The position numbers and the translations under genes were made by a program. From the NCBI GenBank assembly GCA_013239625.1, contig MU055016.1, forward strand, positions 420,867-484,866: DNA of 64,000 nt, in the 5' to 3' direction. This DNA comes from Lama guanicoe (taxonomy: Eukaryota). This document shows, piece after piece, positions 23,201-34,960 of the stretch. The notes under the pieces were generated by a model that saw only the letters and a list, made by a program, of their open reading frames with translations, did no database searches and was not told the origin of the DNA. Each line of letters begins with the position of its first letter. The stretch's first letter is position 1.

Positions 23201-26200
23201 GTCGTTAGCTCAGGGAGGGCTGGCGGGACCGCGTGGGCCCGGTGGGAGCTTTGGCCAGTGCATGCTGGGGCAGGAGGCCTCAGGTGCTGGCGACCCAACC
23301 TCTGCACTGTGCTCGCGCCTCCGAGTCTGGTGGAGACATGGAGCCACCTTCTAGGTGGCGTCAGTGCCAAGGGGATCCTCGTAGGGGGCTGGAGGAGCCC
23401 CCGTAGTGGGGCCCAGGGTCCCCGCCTGCCTTCCCTGAGCTCACTGATGTCGGGAAAATGACCCAGGGCTCCTGCGCACATGGACCAGGTGTGCGATCTA
23501 AGTGAGACCGCAGTTTCTGCCCGTGGGCTTCTCATTCAGGTGCCTTAAAGTGAGACAGAAACAAAGATGTGAGAGATGGTCTGGCTTGTAGAGTTGCTGA
23601 ACTTAGATGTTGTTTCTGGTTTCTGTAAGGAGCTGCTTTTGTCAACGTACTGTTTCTTGAGAACACTGCCATCCGCGGAGAAGATGACCGAACTTTCTCG
23701 TTATCCAGGTGGCTTTAGACCTGATTCCGTACGAGAATGTCGTGGTGAAGAGAGCGCTGAATTCGGATAGAGCCTTCCTGGGGCAACTCGGTGTTTCTTC
23801 TGTTCCCTCCTGTTACTTGATTTACCCGAACGGGTCACACGGACTGGTTACCGTGTAAGTACTGTTTGGCTCCAGGAGCATTTGCGACGCTACCTAGCGG
23901 CCCGGACACCCTCGAGTGTGGGCACACACTCCTGTCTGTGCCGGTCCCGAGGCTAGCCCCTCCCTCCAGGGTAGGGGTGGACTGGCTCCAGACCCTCACG
24001 ATCCGCTCGTCTTGCTGGGACCAACAGAAATCGTCAAAATGCCATTTGCCTCTGTGTGGGGTCCTGTGTACCCCTAAGATGAGCTCGGTTGAGAAGTACG
24101 CTGGTTGAGTGCAGGTTGGGGGACCATCACAGGTGGGAAGGTAAGGGACCTCCTGGAGCCTGAGCTGCCTGCCCTGGTCCCCAGCCTTGCTCCCAGAAGC
24201 CCCGGGCCAACTGAGCCTGCGTTCCCAGAGTACTGGTGAGGTGCCACATGCGTGGACCCGGCAGCGAGACGGGTGCTCCATCTGCTTCCCTGGCCCGACT
24301 ACCAGACGCACATGCAAAGCTGGCAGACAGGACAGAGGCTCTTAGGCACGTTGAGAACCACAGTTTGAGTACAGCTGATGTTGGCAGATACTCACACCAG
24401 GCCTTCCTGTCCCCACCGAGCAGCACAATCACAGTGCTTGTCACACCTCCCTAGCTCAGGGACCTGCGGATTTGTCTCATGTCCTCAGGTTGGGAGCCAG
24501 CTCCCTGAGGCCCAGCTTGGCCATGTCCTGCCCTCACTGCCCCAAATACCTGCAGTAAATGCCCACAGGACGGTCAGGCCGGGAGGTGTGGGTCACCCTC
24601 CAAGTTACGGAGGGTGGGCTGTTCTGAGCCCTGTGCCAGGAGGTGCCTGAGTGGCGGGCACCAGCCCAATTGCCCCGGCTCTGAGGCCGCCCCACCCTCC
24701 CCTTTCCGCAGTGGGAAGCCGCTCCGATCGTTTTTTTCCTCTTATTTGAAGTCGTTGCCAGATGTGAGGAAAAAATCGCTTTCGCTGCCTGAAAAACCAA
24801 GCAAAGAAGAAAACCCTGAAGCCGCGGTTTGGAGGGAATTCGACAGGCAAGTGCTGCTCTTGGCTGAGGCTGTGGGGGATGGCCGTGGGGGCCGCAGCTG
24901 GTCTGTAGCCCGCCGCCCGACAGCTCAGGGACCCTCCGCATCTCCGTGGGGTCACGCTGGGGTGGGGCAGGGAAGGGGGAATTTATGTGAGGAGAAAGGT
25001 GGGTTTTCACCTGACTTTGTAACGTTTCCTCCTAGGTCAAAGCTGTACACGGCGGACCTGGAGTCGGGGCTGCACCAGCTCCTGAGGGTGGAGCTGGCCG
25101 CCCACAAGTCCCTGGCTGGGGCTGAGCTGCAGACACTGAAGGATTTTGTCACTGTCCTGGCCAAGGTGCACGGGCATCCACTCTGGTCCGCGGAGGGAGT
25201 CTCAGGGATTTTTGCTTCAAGGGTGGGGGACCCAGGCCGACCTGAATGAAATCGGGGCCCTGCTCTGCAACACTACCCCCTGCACTGCAGTCACCGCTTC
25301 CTGCCAGGTGCCTTACCCCACCGCGAGTCCTGGGGACGTGGCAAGCATGGAATCCCTCCCTGCGTGGAGACACTGCGTGGTGGAGGTGTAGGGCCACCAA
25401 GCACTCAGAGGTCAGGGCGGGAGGGCAGGAGGTGATTCCGTTCTCAGGTGAGGGGCAGGTACTGCCTGGGGGCTTGGTTCAGAGGGGAGTGGGTGAACGG
25501 GGGAGGCCTGAGCGACCAGCAGGATGAGAAAGGGAGTGAGGGGGAAGCAGGGTGTAGGGGGAGGCCCGTGCACTTGGGGGTGGAGGAGAGGTGGGTGTAG
25601 GTGGGTGTTTGGGGCGGGAGACCGCTGTGGCCCCATGTCGGTGTGCTGGGGGCCCCAGACTGGGCCAGCACACACACCTTTAGCAGGTGGAGCAGGTGGC
25701 GGTTGGTGTCCAAGCTGAGGTTCAGAGGATAGGGGCTGTCGGGGTTACATTCCTGCTGAGAACTCAGCTCCACAGCTTAAAGTCCAGGGCTCGTGGTCTT
25801 TTTCTTGGCCCAGAACTCCTATGCTGAGAGGAGCTTTGGGAAGCAGGTTGCGTCCCCGGGGACAGACCGAGCCCTTTTCTGTTGGCCCAGCAGCCCCATC
25901 TAGCCCTGGCCCTGTTCCCACCTGTCGGTCCCCTTTGCTCCTGCTGCTGCCTCGGGGAGAGACTACTGCCTGGGGCCACCCTTTCCTGCACCTCGACCTG
26001 AGTTGCTAGTTGCGATCTGGGAGCTGAGAAGGCCTCATTTTGAACGTTTCCCTTGCCGAATGTGCGGTCACTGACACAGGGATTCCTCGTCAACGCTTTG
26101 GCTGGTCAGAGCTCACTTCCACAGCACGGCGTTTGAAAAAGACTAAGGAGATGCAATTTATGTTTAAAGGAATGATGAGTCGCCTCGTGTGTTTCAAATG

Positions 26201-29200
26201 AATGAATGGAAACCATTAGACAGCCTTCCCTACCATGCCCCTCAGGGTGCAGAGATCTCCAGCTGTTCTCAGTCCTTTGAAAAGTGCCTGCGGGTCTGCC
26301 TGTCACGTGACCCTCGGGCCACGGGCCATTCCTATGCCAGGTCATCCAGCTGTTGGGACATCGGGGTGCGTGATCTCTCTCCGCCCACGTCTTTGTCCTC
26401 ATTTCAGTGCCGGGTCACGCTGGGGGGCCTCCTTGTGTCGTGGAGCCTGTAAGTCAGACCAGCGTTCAGTTATTCTTAGTAAATTTCCTGAAGTTTACAT
26501 AAAACTTTAAGTTAAATGCTGGCAAGTTGATGATGGCGCTTTGTGTCCCACGTGGGAAAAAAACAGGTTTTGCGGAGTGGAGAATGTGATGTTTCTGCTC
26601 TAGCTGTTCATTTCAGCATCTTTAGTAAAGTTTCAGCTCATGATTCTAAGAGCTTCTTCAGCGACCTTTATTTTACAAATTGGTGGCTCCTGATCGAAGT
26701 TCTCACAGAAGGACCGTAGCACCGCTGAGATCGGTGGACTGGATGCTTCTAGATGCGTCTCTGAGCCGCTACGGTGCCACCAGCCACGCGGCTAGAAGTG
26801 TCAGTGTGTAGTTAACCAGTAGATTGCACCTTGCTGTGTAGAAGCCTCAGTGGTGCGCATGCTCTTCTAGATAGTGACACCGAGACGGCGAAGGGGGAGG
26901 CCAGGGAGTATGTCGGTAAAGCGTGGGATTAGCATGAATTACCACAAGGGACGTGGAGTAAGTGGCCAGTGACGTCAGGAAGGACCATGAGGCCCTTAAC
27001 AATGTGATCAGTAAGGCAGCTGGTGGCTGTGTCATGGTCTGTCATTGCGGAGTGGCTGCCCAGTGGGAGGACGCGCGGCCGTGACTGACTGGGTGGGTGG
27101 TAGGAGAAGGAAAGGGCACCACCACGTCTTCCTGGGAAGGGGCAGCCCCCCAGGGCCCCTCACCTGTGTTCTGGAGAAACTCATTCCTCCAGGGACCCCC
27201 ACTGCCATTCTCCGTTGAGGCCCCAGATGGGTTGGAGCCCCTGCCTCCCTCCTTGGTGGGTCTGTGTCGGGACAGGCCTGGTCTCGGTGTCTGGGTGGCA
27301 CCTTCCTGAATGTTCCCTGAGTGTGGGTCCTTCTTGCTTAGCTGTTCCCTGGGCGGCCGCCGGTCAGGAAGCTGCTGGAGACGCTGCAGGAGTGGCTGGC
27401 CACCCTCCCCCTGGACAGGATCCCCTACAACGCTGTCCTGGACCTGGTGAACAACAAGATGCGGGTGAGAGGCCCCTCCTGGAGCTTGGCGCGCCCTGCC
27501 ACTGCCCACTTTCCCCCGTCTCTCACACCCTCCTGGCTCTGCCCGTCCAGTGTTCACGGCCATCTCCCGTCGCCCCCCTGCCCTGGGCGGTCCGTTTAAG
27601 GACCGGCCACCAGACACGAGCTGAAACCGCCGTCCTACAGAGATGGGAGGTTTACTTGGGCAGTGTAGTGCTAGGGTTGTTTTTTTAATTTTTAGTAAAC
27701 ACTTCTAGATCTTATACCTAAAACACTGGGAAAGATGACACGTTCATCAGGAAGCATGGCTGCGCTGGTCAAGTTGCTGTGCAGGCCGTTCGTGGAGAGG
27801 GGGGCTCTGGCTGTCATCTGCGGCCACAGACTCAGCAACTCGCTAGATCCATTCCCCGAGGTCACTCTTGAATCGCATGCTCGCCACGTGGGGGCGTCCT
27901 GCCTGATTTTGTCTGCCTTGCGGATCCTCTTTCGTGTGACCCTGAGCTGGAGGTGGCTGCGGTGGACCTGAGCCGAGTGACAGGGAAGGTAGCCGAGAGC
28001 GGAGAGCTCAGACCCACAGTGAACAGGCCTGCGCAGTCGGCCTGCGGGGACCGGGCAGCAGGGTCGCCCAAAGTCCTTGCAGCCTCATTAGGCCACTGGC
28101 TTTCTGCTCCTCAAGTGAAGGTCCTATTCTTTCTGGCCAAGAGTTGTTTGACAGTCGAATTTTATTATTATTAGACTTCTCCTGTGAATTTCATCATAAC
28201 TAATTCTAATTTAAAAGGTGGGTGTCAGGGGGAGGGTATAGCTCAGTGGCAGAACGCGTGCTTATCACATTCAGGGTCCTGAGTTCAATTCCCAGCACCT
28301 CCATTGAAAAAAAAGAAAGAAATTTTTTTTAAAGGTGGGTGTTCTTCATGCTTAATGGTGCTAATTCATCAGGATAAAGATGAGCTTTTCCCTTCTCCCT
28401 AAAGACTGGAAAAGAACAGGCTACGTTTCCATCTTTTGAGGATTCCTTTCGTAATACAGAGTTCTTTCTCTTCTGTTTGGTATTGGGTCTGGATTTACAT
28501 GTGGTGAGATGAAGTTGATGAAGTTTGGGGAAAGGTGCTCCCAGCGAAGCCACCACCCCGTCAAGGCAGAGAGCATTCACCAGCTGTTTTTAAGTTTAAG
28601 AATTCAGCTATCTCTTCTTCTTTTCTCCCCCCCAGATCTCTGGAATACTCCTTGCTAGCCGCATAAAGTGGGTCGGATGTCAGGGAAGCTGGCCGGAGCT
28701 GAGGGGCTACCCGTGCGCGCTCTGGAAGCTGTTCCACACTTTGACCGTTCAGGCCGGGGCGCACCCAAAAGCGCTGGACGGCACAGGTGAGCTGTCCTCA
28801 CGCGGCCGCCTGACGCACTGATGTGCTGCTGCCTGCCTGCTGAGGGCCGTCGCAGGACACGCAGAGGTGCATCTTGCTGTGGAGGGTGACGCGTCTTTGG
28901 GGGTGCCCCTAGGATCCCCTGCTGAGGAGGGTGGAGGTGAGCATGTCTCCTGGAGCTCCGCTCCACCCCTGCACCAGCTCTGGGTGCCCGAGCACGGATC
29001 CCCACCTTGACCCCAGCACGCGCCTGGCCGGTCTGTGGGCCGTGAGCCACATAGGAGAACAAGGGGACGCTGGCCAGGAGCGTCTCTCGGGGTTCACGCC
29101 TCTTTTTCTTGCTTTAAAGAACTTGAGAAACGTATTTAGAGAGGTATATTATTATCCCTCGTTTATTCACAAATCACCACAGAACTGGCAGCCTGGAACA

Positions 29201-32200
29201 GCTCAGGGTCGTTGTCTTGCGGCCTGTGAGCAGGGGCTCAGGTGTAGCCTGACGAGGGCCTTCTGCCTCAGGTTGCCCCCTGAGCCTGCAGGCAGGGCGT
29301 CAGCCGGGGCTGGGGTCTTGTCTGGAGGCTCAACTGGGAGAGGATGCCCTCCCTGTGCTAAGTCACCACGCAGGGTGGCTTCGGTGTTCAGATCTGTGCT
29401 GGCTGTTGGCCCAAGGCCACTCTTGTTCCTCACCTTGTGGCCTTGGAGGCAGCTGGCTTCGTCAGAGCCCTTCCTGGTGTGACGTCCATCACTTCTGCCG
29501 TGTTTTGTGTGTGGGAAGGGAGCCACCAGGCCCGCAGGGAATGTGAGGGTGAGGGCCACGTTTTATATCTGACACAACAAGCTAAAAAATGTGCTGGACT
29601 TGTTGATCCTCTTTGGACTGTGTTGTGTGTACACCTCCCAATTTAATCAGGGCCCTGGCAGCCATGAGCGTGTTGGAGAATATCTTTTAGTTTTGTTTTC
29701 TCAATCATTCAGCTTCAGTACTTTAGTAATGTCTGTATAAGTTGAAGGTGAAGTCTTTGGACTCACACATTCCAACATTCCTTCCAGTGGAATCACAAAA
29801 TTCTTTTACAGTTATCTTTTGCTCTGTAACAGACTAACCTCAGATGCTATGGCAGGAAATGTCCAGTGTTTTATTTGCTCATGATCCTGGGGCTCAGCTC
29901 TTTGGGTGGGCTCCACTGGTGGCAGCAGGCTGGTCTAGACTCAGGTCAGACTCCCGCAGGCTGGCCCCTGCCTCCCACGTGGTGGCACCACATCCAGGAA
30001 GGGCCTCTCTGGGCCTCGACCCCAAGAGCACACGGCTCCACTTCCCGCCACGTCCTGTTGGTCAGATAGGTCTCATCAAGCCCGGAGTCCACCTGTCAGG
30101 GAGAGAAGCAGCAAGTCCATTGTAAGGGGGCATGTGACATCTTCGGAAATCTGTCCCACCCCCGGCTCTCCTCTAGGTGACATTGCATTTCCACCCTCCA
30201 GGGGTCTTGTGGGAGAGAGATGGGCCTTAAAGCGAAAATTCGTTTAATAAGGGTCATACAGGAGAAAGTGGCATATTTTCAGAAGAAACCTCGGGATCCC
30301 TTGAACAGAAAGTGAAATCAGAACGTCGACACTGCCTGATTTAGTGCAACTCAGACTGTTGGAACCCACTTGTGGAAAGTGAGCCCCGGTCCTGGGAGCC
30401 TCGTGTTTACGTGGGGAGGCTCTGCCGAGAGGAGAGGAGTGCTCGGAGGGCAGTGTGGCGGCAGCAGGGGAGGAGGGCGGCCCAGGGCACGCTGTGGAAA
30501 CATTGCAGAACTGACGTCGTAAAGGCGGCAGAGCGACAGGGCGCGCGGTCAGAGAGGTCTTGAGGCTCTTTCCCTTCGTGGGTGTAAATTGAAGCAATAT
30601 CCGAGGGGCCTGTCTCACGCCGAGAGAATTGGGTCAGACTGAGACCGCCGGATTATGTCTTGGAAGGTTTTTCCTCTCCTTATTGCATGTTTAAACCCCA
30701 TCGACTAAAAAGCCTGCCGCGTCCCCTAATCCCCCACAGGTAGAGGTTTATGGTTCTTGTCCACTTTAAAGATTAGGGTAGCCCCGGGTGTGTGGTGGTT
30801 TGGTGGAGAAAGAGAAAAGGAGGATTACCCAGCCGAGCACGGCAGATGTCGGCCGGAGGCAGGGCCGGGCGAGCGGAGCCCCGGCAGCAGCCAGCATGTC
30901 CTTAGCGTGAGCACGTGGTCTTCCTGGGAGCCCTCGGCTGCCCGCTGAGAGCCAAGGGGAAGGGGGCAGAATTCAGGGTCTGGGTCTCCCCTGAGCGAAA
31001 GAGGCAGGGCCGCCAAGGCTGAAGCCCGATGCGGACTCGCCCTTCGGGGCTGGGCTCCCAGACTGCATGGCACACAGACCACTCGGGCTGCTGTTGAGGC
31101 GGATTCATCCCCCGGAGCCACGTCTCTCCTTTTTCCAATTATTTTGCTGCATTTCTTTTAATGCTGACACTTAATCTGTTTTAATCTCATGGGTCTCTTA
31201 TTTGGATGCTCAATCCCCTGTATTAGTTGTCTGGACAGGACTGCCAGTCCAGCCCTGTGTGCGTGCCCCCCTGCAGTTTCTCAGGGGTTCTCCTTCCAGC
31301 GCAGAGCTGGCCGTATCCTTCTGCTGTCAGCTCTGTGTTTCCATATCATGGTGTCAACTGGCCATGTGGCTGGTGGGGCTGGAGAGTTTCCTCACACGGA
31401 GGGGCCCAGGCTTGCAGAAACAGAGCGGCTTCATCGGCCAGCCAGCCGTCCGTTCTGGGAGGAGCCCTGGAAGCTGACCAGTCCGTCACCAGCACTACCT
31501 GGTCTCACGGAAGATCAGCCCAGCACAGGGCTGGCTGGGCGGTGGGCCCAGAGGCACTTCCTAAGGCCACGTTCACCTGTGAGCTTGTGTTTTGCAGGGA
31601 TTTCAAAGCGGAACAACCACACGTTTAGAATGAGTAGCTGCCCCTCCCCGGCACCAGCCTTTGGGGTTGCTTGTAACCAAGAGAGATCACACCTGGGAGG
31701 CGGACCCCGAGGCAGAGCCCTGGTCTCTGGGCCATGCAGCTGAGGGTTCCTTGCAGTCATGCCACTGGCTCATTTCCCTGAGCGCCAGCACACTTCCCAG
31801 AGCGGGTCCTGCAGCTGGACCTGGGTGACCGTCTGTATGATTGGCACAGCGTCTCAACATTAAGCAGCCATCTCCTGGTTGCTATAGGCATCCAGAAGGT
31901 GCTGGTCTCTTTCTGTGTCCGTGTGCAGAGGTGGGGGCCTGTCCCATGTCCCATGTCAGGCACTCAGCCCTTTCCTGGCTCCCAGCGCCCCCCAAGCCTT
32001 GTGCTTCTAGCGCAAACAGCCTGACATGCTTGGGTTCCTCTGCAGGTTTTGAAGATGACCCCCAGGCAGTGCTGCAGACCATCAGGAGGTACGTCCACCT
32101 CTTCTTTGGGTGTAAAGAGTGTGGGAAGCACTTTGAGGAAATGGCCAAAGAATCGCTGGATTCCGTGAAAACCCGAGACCAAGCAATTCTCTGGCTTTGG

Positions 32201-34960
32201 AAGAAACATAACCTGGTCAACAGTCGCCTGGCAGGTGAGCAGAAGCCACACCGAGTGGCCTGAGCCTGGGAGCGGAGGGGCCAGCACATGGTGGGGGAGG
32301 CCAGCCGGCCCGAGCTGTGGCCGGCAGGGTCGGCAGCGCCGCACACACAGTGACGGTGCTCGAGCTTCACCACCGTACTCACTGCCTGCCCGCCACGGAC
32401 CAGGCTCCCAGCCGGGTCGCCTTCCTTGGTCAGACAGTCATGGCAACCTTGGCCAGGGAGCTGCCGAAGACAACAGCTGTTCCCAGGCTGCCAGCTTCCC
32501 TGGCTTCCAGGCTGTTCTCACTCAGGGCTCCCAGCTGCATGGGACAAATGTGTGTCTCTTTTCTCCCCTTGGTGGCCCACTAGGCACCTGGGTAAATCTG
32601 ACCCTGCAAGAGTTGGCAAGTAAGTAATTTTCAGTAAGGAATTTCAGCGTCATTAAAAACTCCCCTAAGACCATAAACCAAATGCCTCAAAGTGGTTTTG
32701 TTTAAAAAAACAAAAAACAAAAACTAGGGCGGGTGTATTTTCTCAGAGTTAAATAATTCAAACTGTTCCTAAATCAGTGGCAGATTAAAATTAGGCTTAA
32801 AAATAATCTACTGAGAAATAAATCTTAATAGAGATGAATAGAAAATGCCACTAAACTATTGGTCTTTATTTAATCCACTGTCTTATAAAAACATTACAAC
32901 TGAAGCACTAAAGAGAATTGGTTTTTCTTTGCTCTCGGAGCTGACGGCTGCAGCTCGGGTCACGTGGCCGAGGCACCTTGTGTCTGCTAGGATTTGTCCC
33001 TCGCCTTCAGCTGCAGGCTAAGGCACTTCAGTGGTGGCCCTGGTCCAGAGCTGTCTCCACGTCCAGGGTGCCAGGCCCCTCTCCCACCCCTCCCCCTGCC
33101 TCTCCCCACCCCTCTCCCTCCTTTGCGCCTCTCAGAGGGCTGCAAGGTTGTCCAGGCCCCGCAGCGCTCTGCCACAAAGCAGCCCGACGAGACTGCAGGT
33201 CTGGGGCCGCAGTTAGCCCTGCGTCGTGCTGCAGCAGAATGCTTCTGCAGCCTGTGTAACTGTCACTCTTGAGGCTCTGAATGGCCCCATCGCCCTCAGC
33301 CCCACCTCTAGCCTCTGGATTGAGACTCAAACTCCTTGGAGGCCCCAACACCAGACCTGGACCTCCCCATCCACACAGTGCAACCTCGGGTGCCCCCTGG
33401 CAGCTCCACTGTGTCTTGGTGTATGTGTCCAAACCCCTCACCAGACGCCAGCCCGGAAGAGGGGCACCCGCACAGTGGGTGGTCTCCCAGCTCCTGCACG
33501 GCCGGAGGAGAGCATCTCCGCTGAGCACGGGTCCCCCAGGAACCTCACAAAGTGATTTCCTTTACGTGTACTTCACCTCCAGGAGCACTTGGAGGGCAGC
33601 CAGGTGTCCCCAGGTCAGGTTGGGCCACTCCGGGAGCCAGGGTGCTATGTGCCACGTGTGTGTGAGCTGGTGGTCCAGCAGGCTGTCAGAGCATCGTGTG
33701 TGTGACAGAAATGCAGCCGCGAGTGTGGGGGCCTCAAGGTCTTGCCCCCAGACATTGGCTGGTGGCCCGGCGTGTGTGCTGATGGAGGGAGGGGAGGAGT
33801 GAGCAGAAGTGGGGGCAGGTGGGATCATCGCAGCCTCATACGCCAACGGGAGTGTATGGACTTTGTGGAGGGCTGATGAGCAGTTATGTATCAAAAACCG
33901 TAACGGTGTGGGTCTTCTTGGAATCACACCCCACATTCAGACGTCCTCAGGCAGGTGTGCAAAACTGTGTCCACTGCGGAGCAGGTTCCCCGGCCGTCCT
34001 CATCCCTGGCAGGGATCGGTTGTAAGGCAGGTGCACACTCGGCAGAGACGCTGTGGCTGATGGATATTTGTCACGCGGGGCCGTGTCGCCAGCTAACGGC
34101 TGGTCCTGTTAAACCCGCGGGCCTGCTTGCACGTGTGGGAGAGGCTGGCTCTGACATCTCACAGGCCACCCCGGGGCAGAGCAGGGGAGGTCTGCCTGTC
34201 CGCACTAGTGAACACCTCGCTCCTGGAGTATCATCCAGAGATCCTGAAAGCTTGTAGGTGCTGAGGAAACACCTGGACTGTGAGTGCCCAGGGCGATGCT
34301 CCGGGGCCTGTGTGGGCCGGGGCCTCAGGCGCACCTTCAGGGGAGAGAGGAGAGGAGCAGGGATGGGCGGGCAGGTCATCCGAGGCCCCTTCACAGTTGC
34401 CCTTCCTCCTCTTTCTCCCAGGCCATCCCAGTGAGGACCCCAAGTTTCCAAAGCTCCCATGGCCCACCCCGGACCTCTGCCCAGACTGCCATGAGGAAAT
34501 TAAGGGCCTGAACAGCTGGAACGAAGGCCAGGTTCTCCTGTTCTTGAAGCAGCACTATAGCAGCCACAACCTGGTGGACATGTACGCTGCGGACCTGGGA
34601 GACGCCGGCGAAGGTGCCCCGGCCAGGGGCGAGGAGCGGGAGGGGGGCCACGCTTCCCCGGAGCAGCCCCTTGGAGAGCGAGGTGCCGAGAGTCTCCGCC
34701 CACCCAGCGTGCAACCCCCCAGACTCCACCTGTCGGAGGGGTCGCACCAGGGACTGGCCGCGAAGCTGGAGAGTCTGAGCGCGGCTGAGAGCCGTGCAGA
34801 GGCGGCTGCGGCCTTTCTCGGGATGGGCTTCTCCAGCCTGGACATGAGCCTCTGTGTTGTGCTTTATGTGGCCTCGTCCTTGTTTCTGATGGTCATGTAC
34901 TTTTTCTTCCGGGTGCGGTCCAAGCGGTGGAAAGTCAGGCATCACCACCTGTCCGTGTAG
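10679..34960 (+). CDS. QSOX2: Quiescin sulfhydryl oxidase 2, 12 coding exons; exon 1 frameshifted as assembled
   Basis: Exons 10679-10971, 20038-20138, 21601-21649, 22288-22393, 22534-22624, 23709-23854, 24712-24846, 25036-25165, 27342-27464, 28636-28786, 32046-32234, 34422-34960 have compatible phases. They encode the thioredoxin WCGHC, Erv/ALR CKEC and [14 protein letters not shown] and a C-terminal TM helix. Summed length is 2053 nt, not a multiple of 3. Confidence 0.97.
12700..12850. mobile_element. MER5A-like hAT-Charlie DNA transposon remnant
   Basis: 'cacccgggggcttggtagaaatgca...ccaggcctgctggatcagaagctctggg' resembles the MER5A core. Confidence 0.6.
20038..20138 (+). CDS. QSOX2: QSOX2 exon 2
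   Basis: ttttcag| (D)[33 protein letters not shown] |gtgagc. Confidence 0.97.
20184..20218. repeat. (AC)n microsatellite, about 17 units
   Basis: Uninterrupted acacac run in intron 2. Confidence 0.97.
20426..20439 (+). promoter_or_regulatory. Candidate CTCF site
   Basis: CCACTAGGGGGCAG matches the CTCF core consensus CCASYAGRKGGCRS exactly. Confidence 0.5.
20640..21280 (-). mobile_element. Old L1 (L1M-type) 3' fragment, antisense
   Basis: Degenerate antisense L1 text, e.g. 'gacactagccctccttcggttgtaagcgttg...cccagtctgtgacttc', 'gttttgactttcatgtaac'. Boundaries approximate. Confidence 0.55.
21601..21649 (+). CDS. QSOX2: QSOX2 exon 3
   Basis: tttgtag| [16 protein letters not shown](G) |gtaaat. 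Confidence 0.97.
22288..22393 (+). CDS. QSOX2: QSOX2 exon 4
   Basis: ccacag| (G)[34 protein letters not shown](R) |gtgtgt. Confidence 0.96.
22534..22624 (+). CDS. QSOX2: QSOX2 exon 5
   Basis: ccttaaaaag| [30 protein letters not shown] |gtagtg (AAG acceptor). Confidence 0.95.
23709..23854 (+). CDS. QSOX2: QSOX2 exon 6
   Basis: tatccag| [48 protein letters not shown](V) |gtaagt. Confidence 0.97.
24712..24846 (+). CDS. QSOX2: QSOX2 exon 7 (ends at a GC donor)
   Basis: ttccgcag| [44 protein letters not shown](R) |gcaagt. Confidence 0.93.
25036..25165 (+). CDS. QSOX2: QSOX2 exon 8
   Basis: cctcctag| [43 protein letters not shown] |gtgcac. Confidence 0.96.
27342..27464 (+). CDS. QSOX2: QSOX2 exon 9
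   Basis: ttgcttag| [41 protein letters not shown] |gtgaga. Confidence 0.97.
28228..28330 (+). mobile_element. tRNA-Ala-derived SINE (Vic-1-like) with 12-bp target-site duplication
   Basis: GGGGGAGGGTATAGCTCAGTGG...GAGTTCAATTCCCAGCACCTCC plus A-tail. Flanked by aaaggtgggtgt at 28214-28225 and 28331-28342. TT/AAAA L1-endonuclease site at 28211. Confidence 0.92.
28636..28786 (+). CDS. QSOX2: QSOX2 exon 10
   Basis: cccccag| [50 protein letters not shown](G) |gtgagc. Confidence 0.97.
29150..29540 (-). mobile_element. MaLR (MLT1-type) LTR remnant
   Basis: Antisense MLT1 hallmarks 'acaaatcaccacagaac', 'gtcagccggggctggggtcttgtctggaggctcaactggg', 'ggctgttggc'. Boundaries approximate. Confidence 0.65.
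29808..30140 (-). mobile_element. MaLR (MLT1-type) LTR remnant
   Basis: 'cagttatcttttgctctgtaacagactaacc', 'ttatttgctcatgat', 'cacttcccgccacgtcctgttggtcaga' are typical antisense MLT1 blocks. Boundaries approximate. Confidence 0.6.
32046..32234 (+). CDS. QSOX2: QSOX2 exon 11 (Erv/ALR CxxC)
   Basis: ctgcag| [62 protein letters not shown](G) |gtgagc. Confidence 0.98.
34422..34960 (+). CDS. QSOX2: QSOX2 exon 12 coding part (CPDC, stem, TM helix, stop)
   Basis: ctcccag| [28 protein letters not shown]...[46 protein letters not shown]. Confidence 0.97.

Noticed and set aside
24851-24856. GT donor 4 nt downstream of the QSOX2 exon 7 GC donor
   Set aside because: Poor consensus (CAA|GTGCTG), and using it would shift the frame into exon 8.
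26970-26977. Full CRE palindrome TGACGTCA in QSOX2 intron 8
   Set aside because: A single 8-mer with no promoter context; too easily explained by chance.
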